The position numbers and the translations under genes are program-made. Positions 56,269 to 64,000 of a stretch of DNA of 64,000 bases are shown piece by piece. The DNA comes from Nitrososphaeria archaeon (GTDB lineage Archaea > Thermoproteota > Nitrososphaeria > JACIWG01): positions 24,499-88,498 of the forward strand of contig JBEKIG010000010.1 of assembly GCA_050011875.1 (NCBI GenBank), written 5' to 3'. The notes under the pieces were generated by a model, which saw nothing but the letters and a program-made list of their open reading frames with translations, had not been told where the DNA came from and did not search any database. Position 1 is the stretch's first letter; each line of letters opens with the position of its first letter.

Positions 56269-56580
56269 TTACTTTATATCCATGAAGAGTATCTTCATAA
56301 AAGACTCGAGTTCATCGTCACGATAATAGAAAGTCGAATATTCATCTCTTTTTTTTGCGATCAAAAACGCATTTAGATGATAACAGAACTGCCTCTTCTT
56401 CTTAAGAATGTTAAAATAGAAATCTTTGCAAGAACAAAAAGGGGGTTTTTCATTTACTAAATTGTCTCCCTCCTCTCCAATTACGGTCCAAATTTCTGAT
56501 TGACTAGGTAAGAACACATGTTTTCTGATGGCTTTACGTTCTAAGGTTAATTGTACTTTGTTCCTCGTCTTTTTTTTCAT
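56269..56580 (-). CDS. SWIM zinc-finger protein
   Basis: FCSCKDFYF...CYHL (CxCx(n)CxH). Confidence 0.85.
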   Translation of the reverse strand: MKKKTRNKVQLTLERKAIRKHVFLPSQSEIWTVIGEEGDNLVNEKPPFCSCKDFYFNILKKKRQFCYHLNAFLIAKKRDEYSTFYYRDDELESFMKILFMDIK

Positions 56581-56624
56581 ATCTAGGCGTTAACTTATTT
56601 AAAGAGTCTTATTTATCAATATCT

Positions 56625-57368
56625 GTGGGTGGCCGAAGAATTGACATACTTTACGATAAAGCAGCTTTAGTTTTTAATTCCCCAAATAAAAAATTCTTTT
56701 GCATTGCTGACTTACATTTGGGTTATACGCCGTCATCATCAATTCCGTTACATAATAGAAGATTGGCTGTAGAACTTGCTGAAAAAATAGTCGAATTATC
56801 AAAAAAAGCCAAAGTAGAAAACTTAATTCTCTTAGGCGATGTTAAACACACTATTGCTCGTGTTTCATATTCTGATCGATCATTGCTTGATTCATTCTTC
56901 GTAACCTTAAGGCTGTTCTTTAAAGAGATATACCTTATATTAGGAAATCACGATGGATCCATATCTAAAGCTCTTCCCACTTATGTTAAGCCTATAAAAA
57001 AAGGCATATTATTAAATAACGTATATTTTATGCACGGCCATGCTCTTCCAGGACAAGATGTTCTAAAATCAAACTTGATTGTGATGGGGCATCTTCATCC
57101 ATTGTTCTACAAGGAGCATTCACCGTTAAATGGACAACGAGTATGGATTCTTATGAAATTATCATTGAAAAAAGTGTTTCCTTGGAAAGATAAGATATAT
57201 CAGCTGATAGTTATGCCTCCATTTAACTATGAAATTTCTTTCCCTTTGGGTCACACATACACTCCAAATCTCGATAGCAGAATATCTCCTTTGTTGAACA
57301 GATGCAAAGAAGATGTGCTTGAAACTAAGATAATTTCCCTTGATGGAACGATTCTGTCACAAGTTTGA
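56625..57368 (+). CDS. Metallophosphoesterase (Lhr-associated type)
   Basis: ADLHLG, LGDVKH, GNHD, HGH, GHLHP, MPPFN. Confidence 0.88.
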   Translation: MGGRRIDILYDKAALVFNSPNKKFFCIADLHLGYTPSSSIPLHNRRLAVELAEKIVELSKKAKVENLILLGDVKHTIARVSYSDRSLLDSFFVTLRLFFKEIYLILGNHDGSISKALPTYVKPIKKGILLNNVYFMHGHALPGQDVLKSNLIVMGHLHPLFYKEHSPLNGQRVWILMKLSLKKVFPWKDKIYQLIVMPPFNYEISFPLGHTYTPNLDSRISPLLNRCKEDVLETKIISLDGTILSQV

Positions 57369-57464
57369 TCATTTAAGGATAAATTCAACTTATCCAAGTT
57401 TCGCCCCAAATGCCTTTCCACTTGTAATAAGTTGTGGTCATGCAAACTATCTAACAGTTTAGCA

Positions 57465-57540
57465 TGGGGTCGGTGGGATTTGAACCCACGATTTCACGGT
57501 CCCGAGCCGTGTAGCCTGAACCATGCTAGCTGACGACCCC
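57465..57540 (-). tRNA. tRNA-Pro(CGG)
   Basis: GGGGTCG/CGACCCC acceptor, CACGG-CT CGG GA-CCGTG. Confidence 0.95.
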
Positions 57541-57607
57541 CCTAACATCGATATCAAAAGGATAACCATATATACCCTTATTAAGTCTAAAAAAAATCGC
57601 CGAGAGC

Positions 57608-57710
57608 GCCGAGATACCATTTCGCTCGAGAGCTCAGCTTGGTCAGAGCGTTGGACTCATAATCCAGAGGCCGCGGGTTCGAAACATTCGCGAGAAGCCC
57701 GCTCTCGGCA
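57608..57710 (+). tRNA. Elongator tRNA-Met(CAT) with two introns: 8/9 (57616-57630) and 59/60 (57684-57696)
   Basis: Spliced form GCCGAGA-TA-GCTC..GAGC-G-TTGGA CT CAT AA TCCAG-AGGCC-GCGGG TTCGAAG CCCGC-TCTCGGC-A is a normal cloverleaf; both junctions fold as BHB-like motifs. Confidence 0.85.
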
Positions 57711-57741
57711 TTAACATTATCTAATTTTATAGAAAGTAAAA

Positions 57742-57815
57742 AGCCCTAGGCGGGGATTGAACCCGCGGCCTCCGCCTTACCAAGGCGGCGCTCAACCAGG
57801 CTGAGCTACCAGGGC
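57742..57815 (-). tRNA. tRNA-Thr(GGT)
   Basis: GCCCTGG/CTAGGGC acceptor, CCGCC-TT GGT AA-GGCGG. Confidence 0.95.
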
Positions 57816-57953
57816 ACAAATACCTTTGTCTTTTTTGTATTTATTATTTAAAGTAGTTGTTCTCAAGTTTTCTAATTTTTTTGTACTTGTAACTGGTAAA
57901 CCAAATATTTTTATATGAAATAACTGTCGGGTCTTTCGTAACATTGAGCTAAA

Positions 57954-60374
57954 ATGTCAGGAAATAAAGAGTCACGAAAAACCTTTGAACCTAAGGATGA
58001 ACTTGAAATGCTTGAGTATTGGAAGAAATTGGATCTTTATCACTCTTTTAGTAAGTCATATGACTGGTTTGTCATAGATATTCCTCCACCTTACGCAACA
58101 GGATCAATGCATGTTGGTGGTTCAGCGCATTACATTCAGATCGATATGATCGCTAGGTATTTTAGAATGAATAAGATGAATGTTCACTTTCCTTGGGGAA
58201 TTGACAGGAACGGTTTACCTGTTGAATTAATGGCAGAAAAAAAGTTGAACAAAAGAGCGACAGAAATACCACGCGACATCTTCCTGCAACAATGCAAAAA
58301 AATTCTTGATGAAACAGAGCATAGAATAGTAGATACACTCTTACGTGTTGGCTTAAGTTGCGATTTCGATCGAGGTTATAAAACGGATTCTCCTGAATTT
58401 CGTGCTTTCACGCAATCGACTTTTATTATGGTTTGGGATAAAGGATTAGTTTATGAGGAAGAGCGGCCTGTTAACTGGTGCCCAAGTTGTAGAACCACTA
58501 TCGCTGATGCTGAATTAGATAAGGAAGAAAGAACTTCATCCCTGTTCCACATAAGATTCGATCTTAAAAATGGCAAAGATAAGGTAGATCAAATTGTTGT
58601 AGCGACAACGCGACCTGAACTGATTGGAGCCTGTCAAGCAATAATATATAATCCTTCAGATTCTAGGTACTTCTACCTTGATGGCAGATCTGCCATAGTA
58701 CCAGTTTATGGTCACAAGGTTCCAATTATTCCCCATCCATACGCAAAACCCGAATTTGGGAGTGGCATAGTTATGATCTGCTCTTATGGAGATCAATCAG
58801 ATATTCGCCTCTTTAAGGAATTGAAACTTAAGCCAAGAGTGTTACTTAACGAGGATGCACGGATGAAGGAAAATGCAGGGCCACTGGCAGGGCTTGAAGT
58901 GAATGATGCTAGAAAAAAGATACTATCCATACTAGAAGGAGAAGGTAGACTAATCAAGAAAGAATTTACTATACAAACGGTACCTGTCTGCTGGCGTTGT
59001 TCAACTCCTGTAGAGTATATTAACGTGAAAGAATACTATCTTAAGCAAATTGATTTTCTTCAAGATATACTCAAATTTTCAAGGGAACAGATAAGTTTCT
59101 TTCCTCCCGAATCTGTTAACATACTCATAGACTGGATTAGTTCGATATCTTCTGATTGGCCGATTTCTCGGAGACGTTTCTACGGTACAGAATTGCCTGT
59201 ATGGTACTGTAAAAAATGTGGCACACCTAATCTCCCACCACCTGGACCATATTATCAACCTTGGAGAGAAAATTTTCCATTAAAGTCATGCAAAAAATGT
59301 GGTGGTAAAGAATTCGTTGGAGAAGATCGTACCTTTGACACATGGGTCGATTCGAGCATTTCAGCTTTGTATATATTAGAAATGGCAAAGAAACTTGGGT
59401 ATGCAGAACTGTCAATCCCAGTAAGCATTCGTCCTCAAGGAATTGACATAGTTAGAACTTGGCTCTTTTATTCATTGCTGCGTATTTATCAGCTAACCGA
59501 TAAACCAGCCTTTAAATGGGTTCGTCTTTCTGGAATGGGTCTCGACGAACATGGGCATGCAATGCATCGACACCTTGGCAATGTTGTATACCCTGAATCA
59601 ATGGTAAACAGATACGGTGCAGATTCCTTCAGGTTATGGACTGCCAGCGAATCCAAATTGGGCTCTAATTATCTATTTTCAGAAAGTAGAGTTGCTGGTG
59701 CAAGAAAATTCATTACAAAGTTATGGAATGTTTCTAGATTTATCTCACAATTTGAGCCTCCTAAAGAAGATGAGTACGAACTCGAGCCGATTGACATCGC
59801 AATTTTAGAAAAGCTTGACGAATTAGTCTTAGAGTGTAAAAAATCCTTTAAACAGCTAGATCCATTTGGAGCTGCAAAGTCTATTAGATACTTTGTCTGG
59901 GATATATTTGCTGACCACTATATAGAAGCCATTAAATCACGTGTATACAATAGGAGTAATGATTTTTCATCTTGTTCATCAAAAGGAGCAGTCTATACTT
60001 TATACTTTGTTTTAGACAATGTCTCCAAACTACTCGCCCCGATTTCACCATTTGTTACAGAAGGCATCTATCAGCTTGTTCCGCATAATAAGAAGAGCAT
60101 ACACATAGAAGATTACCCTTCTCCTAAGGGATTAGAAAAGAAATACTCACTCGTCTTTGACATGTTTATGCAGTTGAACTCTATGATTTGGAATTACAAG
60201 AAAGGGAAATCTCTATCTTTGACATCCACCGTTTCTGGGTTATGTATTCCGCCAGAGCTTAAGGCCTTTGAAAAAGAGATCACTTCTATGCACAAAATTG
60301 GCGTTATCGCATACGATACTGCATCAGTAAAAGATTTCGAAAAACTTTCTGAGAATTATTTCATAAAACTATAG
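57954..60374 (+). CDS. valS: Valyl-tRNA synthetase
   Basis: IDIPPPY, ATTRPE, PEFGSG, DWPISRRR, FDTWVDS, RPQGIDIVRTW. Confidence 0.93.
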   Translation: MSGNKESRKTFEPKDELEMLEYWKKLDLYHSFSKSYDWFVIDIPPPYATGSMHVGGSAHYIQIDMIARYFRMNKMNVHFPWGIDRNGLPVELMAEKKLNKRATEIPRDIFLQQCKKILDETEHRIVDTLLRVGLSCDFDRGYKTDSPEFRAFTQSTFIMVWDKGLVYEEERPVNWCPSCRTTIADAELDKEERTSSLFHIRFDLKNGKDKVDQIVVATTRPELIGACQAIIYNPSDSRYFYLDGRSAIVPVYGHKVPIIPHPYAKPEFGSGIVMICSYGDQSDIRLFKELKLKPRVLLNEDARMKENAGPLAGLEVNDARKKILSILEGEGRLIKKEFTIQTVPVCWRCSTPVEYINVKEYYLKQIDFLQDILKFSREQISFFPPESVNILIDWISSISSDWPISRRRFYGTELPVWYCKKCGTPNLPPPGPYYQPWRENFPLKSCKKCGGKEFVGEDRTFDTWVDSSISALYILEMAKKLGYAELSIPVSIRPQGIDIVRTWLFYSLLRIYQLTDKPAFKWVRLSGMGLDEHGHAMHRHLGNVVYPESMVNRYGADSFRLWTASESKLGSNYLFSESRVAGARKFITKLWNVSRFISQFEPPKEDEYELEPIDIAILEKLDELVLECKKSFKQLDPFGAAKSIRYFVWDIFADHYIEAIKSRVYNRSNDFSSCSSKGAVYTLYFVLDNVSKLLAPISPFVTEGIYQLVPHNKKSIHIEDYPSPKGLEKKYSLVFDMFMQLNSMIWNYKKGKSLSLTSTVSGLCIPPELKAFEKEITSMHKIGVIAYDTASVKDFEKLSENYFIKL

Positions 60375-60378
60375 TCCG

Positions 60379-61641
60379 CTAATGGTCCCTTATTCTGTAC
60401 CTTAAGAGAACGCCTATACCCCCGAAGTTCTTTAACATCGCTCCAGACTCAGTCTTTGATGAAATAACCTCAACTTTCGCACCTATAGGGTCTGCTTTTT
60501 CTGCTATATAGTCTATATAGTCTTCTTCTTCCGTATCATAGTCTGTCTTTTGACATTTACTGCAAGGACTAGAAAGTACTTCCTGTTTTCTCTTAACATA
60601 CTCTCCACGTGACAGATACTCTATTATTTCGTTGCCGCATGACTTACACTTTACCTTTAGCCTTATCAAGTTCAAATCATCAACTACTACGACTGTTTCA
60701 GCGTTCCCTTGTTTAAGACTTTTTTCTACCGGTTCAATACCATAAGCTGCAAGACCATCTTCTCGTGAGGCTTCGCGGAGAAAGTTCTGAACGAGTTTTA
60801 TCTCTTCAACCAATCTAAGATTTTCTAAGGTTTCTCCGGATTTCATCACAGTCTCCCGAATTCCCTCTTCACCAGAATACGAAGCGTCTATAATGGCAGC
60901 TACCTTTTCCTTCAGTTGGTAGTGTAAGTAATCTCCTTTTAGGAAATCCTCTTTGGTGGGTCCTGGACCGCTGACTATTAATTTGCTTATCTTACTTTCT
61001 TCCATAAATGTCTTTACAGCATGCCTTGCAATACGATGGAAGAACTCATTAACCTCAGCTTCTCTTAGTCTTTCGAATCTTCTTGCAGACTGGCCACCAG
61101 CTCTATGTTTCCCAGAGATTCCTGAAGTCAAGACATCAACGACTTCAACCGTATCGCCAGATAGAAGTCCTAAGCCAGCTTCCGTCGTATCTATTGTGAG
61201 TATGCCAATGATCGTTTCTTCTTTCAGCATATCCTGTAGAATTTCAACATGGAAGTGGTCATCGCAGCGGTAAAGATAGTTTTGTACAGGCTTTATCGGT
61301 ACGACTTCATACATAAAAATTGTCTCGCTCCCTAATCCGTTTGTTGGTAACGCACCACAAAATATAACTAACCCATTTTCTGGAACTTGTTTGAAAAGCT
61401 TCAATCTCTGCATGGTTTTTACCAGAGCATCCTGTACATGAGTTCGAGTCGTATCTGATTTTATGTTTGATGCTGTTCCCCACTCATCTCTTAATGAATT
61501 GATTACTTCATAAATGGGTTTTCCTGGAGGAATATATAATGAAACAAGTTCTGTTCCCCGACCACTTTTTTTTGATAGCTCTGAGACTAATCGCTTCAGA
61601 CGATATATCTCTACTGAACTTCTCTTTTGTGGGTTGCTCAA
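60379..61641 (-). CDS. prf1: Peptide chain release factor aRF1
   Basis: NIKS, YRCDD, GGQSARRF. Confidence 0.97.
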   Translation of the reverse strand: MSNPQKRSSVEIYRLKRLVSELSKKSGRGTELVSLYIPPGKPIYEVINSLRDEWGTASNIKSDTTRTHVQDALVKTMQRLKLFKQVPENGLVIFCGALPTNGLGSETIFMYEVVPIKPVQNYLYRCDDHFHVEILQDMLKEETIIGILTIDTTEAGLGLLSGDTVEVVDVLTSGISGKHRAGGQSARRFERLREAEVNEFFHRIARHAVKTFMEESKISKLIVSGPGPTKEDFLKGDYLHYQLKEKVAAIIDASYSGEEGIRETVMKSGETLENLRLVEEIKLVQNFLREASREDGLAAYGIEPVEKSLKQGNAETVVVVDDLNLIRLKVKCKSCGNEIIEYLSRGEYVKRKQEVLSSPCSKCQKTDYDTEEEDYIDYIAEKADPIGAKVEVISSKTESGAMLKNFGGIGVLLRYRIRDH

Positions 61642-61696
61642 TCCCTCTCACGTCATATTTTTATTTTGCTTGATGTATACTTAGTGCGAGATACCC

Positions 61697-62389
61697 TTGC
61701 ATCGTATAGTAATTAAGTTGAGTGGTTCGGTCTTCAAGATTCCTATAAACGTTGGGCTAATAAAAGACCTATGTGAAACGTTTACTTTTATTATCAAAGA
61801 AGGCGTACAGCCGGTAATCGTCGCTGGAGGTGGTGAGCTCGCTCGAACCTATATTAATGTGATGAGAGCTTTAAAATCAGATGAAACGACCTTAGATGAG
61901 ATTGGTATCGCCTCATCGAGGTTGAATGCAAGAATTATCATTACATGTTTGGGAAATATATCATATCCCATTATACCATCTGACATGGATGAAGTATCAA
62001 TCGCACTGGACTCTAAAAAAGCTGTAGTTCTAGGTGGGCTTTACCCCGGTCATTCAACAAATGCTACAGCGGCTTTAGTGGCAGAAAAATCCAATGCTGA
62101 CCTTTTCGTTAACGCAACAGATGTCGATGGCGTGTATTCAAGCGACCCACGAATTAATAAGAAGGCAAAGAAATTCACTAAAATTGACACCAAAACACTT
62201 TTTAAATTGATAGGGAATTCTCCTATGAATGCAGGTGTTTATGACCTTATGGACCCACTATCCATTAAAATAATTGAACGTTCAAAAGTAAAGACAAGGA
62301 TTATTCTTTGTACTCCTAAGAATATCATGGCCACCTTTAAGGGCGCTCCTATAGGTACAGAAGTTTTAGTAGATGGGACAATTTTCTAA
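61697..62389 (+). CDS. pyrH: UMP kinase
   Basis: KLSGS, GGGELARTYI, DEIGI, PGHSTNA, TDVDGVY..DP. Confidence 0.95.
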   Translation: MHRIVIKLSGSVFKIPINVGLIKDLCETFTFIIKEGVQPVIVAGGGELARTYINVMRALKSDETTLDEIGIASSRLNARIIITCLGNISYPIIPSDMDEVSIALDSKKAVVLGGLYPGHSTNATAALVAEKSNADLFVNATDVDGVYSSDPRINKKAKKFTKIDTKTLFKLIGNSPMNAGVYDLMDPLSIKIIERSKVKTRIILCTPKNIMATFKGAPIGTEVLVDGTIF

Positions 62390-62597
62390 GAAATCTAAAA
62401 TGTTTTACCAATGGCTAAAAAACGTTAATCTGATTCTGTAACTTCGCTATTTGATCAAGGTCTTTAAGTATTACTGGCAGAATAAGAGTGTCCAACAGGA
62501 ATATATTTGTGGTAAGAGCTGGGCCAAAACGAGCTAAAACGCCTTCTTGACATATTGTCAATAGAAATTCCAAAAGAAGTGGAAGGGGATAATTAGC

Positions 62598-62852
62598 ATG
62601 GAAACAAATGGCCATTCAAGGTCCTCTAACAGACAGCCTCAAATAAATAATTTGCCTGTGTTTGGAAATGATAAAGTAAGCCTAATTGAATTAAAGAGTT
62701 TAGCCCAGAAAATGCTAACAATGGGTAGTATATTCCTAATACTTATTTTATCAGAGCCAGATTTCTTGCCAAGGAGAGAAGCAATAGCGAAGGTCGAACT
62801 TTACGTTCGGCTTCTTTACGAAGAAGTTGCAAGAAAGAGGATCGAAGGATAA
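62598..62852 (+). CDS. Small hypothetical protein, possibly mobile-element associated
   Basis: LKSLAQK...LILSEPDFLPRREAIAKV..YVRLL; family link is from memory only. Confidence 0.5.
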   Translation: METNGHSRSSNRQPQINNLPVFGNDKVSLIELKSLAQKMLTMGSIFLILILSEPDFLPRREAIAKVELYVRLLYEEVARKRIEG

Positions 62853-63079
62853 TGGTTGTAAACGAAGACGAAGTAAAAGAGATATTGAACAAATATGAGA
62901 TAGACTTGGATAAGTTGAAACCGTAGACAGCGGTTCACAGAAGATCGGGAGGTTTATGAGAGAGGATCCTGAGGAGGCTGCTAAAACGATCATGATAACG
63001 GCCCCTGGGCCCGAGAGCGGGTAGTTATAAACCACCTTTACAAACTGGGTAATTTTTTCTTAAAGCGAACATGAAACGT

Positions 63080-63104
63080 TCCGGCGTTAAGAGTTAATGC
63101 CGGA
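63080..63104. terminator. Hairpin TCCGGCGTTAA-GAG-TTAATGCCGGA followed by a T-run
   Basis: 11-bp stem with one G-T pair, between convergent small ORFs. Confidence 0.4.
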
Positions 63105-63424
63105 TTTTCTGCTTTCATGTTATTTGGGTTTTGGTTATTTTTGCTCATCTTTAATCACCCAAGATCAAATTCAGTTGGACGCCCATCCTTTCCCTTTACC
63201 TCTTTCTTTCCTTCCTTAACTTCTGATTTGGCCGTATCCTTAGTTACACTTTTTTCTTTTTTATCTGTTGCAGCAGGTGGTGGCGGAGCAATGGATGGAA
63301 CGCTCTGTGGTTCAGACTCGTTAGGCTCCTCTTTAGGTAAATTATCTTCATGAAACGGATACTGGTCCCATGACTTGTGCAATATTGCATAGTACGGAAC
63401 TTTGTTAAGTTCACTTTTAAAGAG

Positions 63425-63800
63425 CCTTTACCGAATCTGTTAAGGTTTAACAACAGATCATCTAAGTGCAATTATGGTCTGTTCAACTGATTTTTAGACA
63501 AAATATTTAGCGCTAACTTTTTTATTCTGTTCAAGTTAAATGTGCTTTGCATGAGAGCAAGATGATAATCGTTTGAACACAGGGGCATCTGTCCGAGCAA
63601 GTCAGCCGACCGTTAGCGCTAATTTTTTTAAAAAATATCTGCTTGAACGGAAATTATCAACGTCTGTTCAGCATTTTTTCCTTAACAAAATATGTAAAGG
63701 AAACCTTAACAAAATCGGTAAAGGTTATTTAATGTTAGGTGAATGCAGGTTTCGGCTTGATGATAGGAGAAATTTTTAGTATTTACCGTTTTGGTTAAGG
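63425..63800. repeat. Composite inverted-repeat region with four CCTTTAC-N7-GTTAAGG-type sites and two TTAGCGCTAA palindromes
   Basis: Sites at 63425-63445 (+), 63680-63700 (-), 63704-63724 (-), 63780-63800 (+, degenerate); palindromes at 63507-63516 and 63613-63622. Confidence 0.75.
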
Positions 63801-64000
63801 CCTATCGCTATGATGTGGACGGGAAAGGAAAATCTGTTAATGGGATCCAATCAGTTCCACCTAAATCAAGGTATTCATCTGATTTGGCACCCTTTTTCTC
63901 TATATGTTTAAAGGTTTTCAGATTTTTTATGTTTGTGTGTGTTCCAGTTTTTCCTTAATCTCATATAATTTGGCCAAGTCCCTGTTGAGGCTTTCAATGC

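Noticed and set aside
57523-57714. 63-aa ORF
   Set aside because: Overlaps tRNA-Pro and tRNA-Met; spurious, like the many antisense shadow ORFs of core genes.
62915-62940. BHB intron repairing the frameshifted ORF at 62852
   Set aside because: The hairpin lacks an outer helix and the predicted join creates a stop codon.

Overview
Archaeal chromosomal window, most consistent with a TACK / deep Thaumarchaeota-like organism (PolD DP1+DP2, Elf1, Topo IA, Cdc6, AglB, aRF1, TiaS). About 5-62.4 kb is AT-rich core genome: translation, replication and RNA-modification genes, eight tRNAs, RNase P RNA, an archaeal-type modified mevalonate operon and an ORB-type replication origin beside cdc6. Both ends look accessory. 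The left end has a membrane-bound wHTH regulator, a phased palindrome array, Thr/Ser-rich surface proteins and a GC-richer aldehyde dehydrogenase. The right end has decayed small ORFs and a complex inverted-repeat region. The main signal is unusually broad use of bulge-helix-bulge (BHB) splicing. (i) A 17-nt frame-disrupting, stop-containing BHB intron sits in a protein-coding gene (ATP-NAD kinase family, 27707-27723), and its removal restores the family motif. (ii) An elongator tRNA-Met has introns at 8/9 and 59/60 plus a 5' leader complementary to its own 3' acceptor strand. (iii) tRNA-His has a 59/60 intron. All calls are by eye from motifs and base-pairing; no searches were run.
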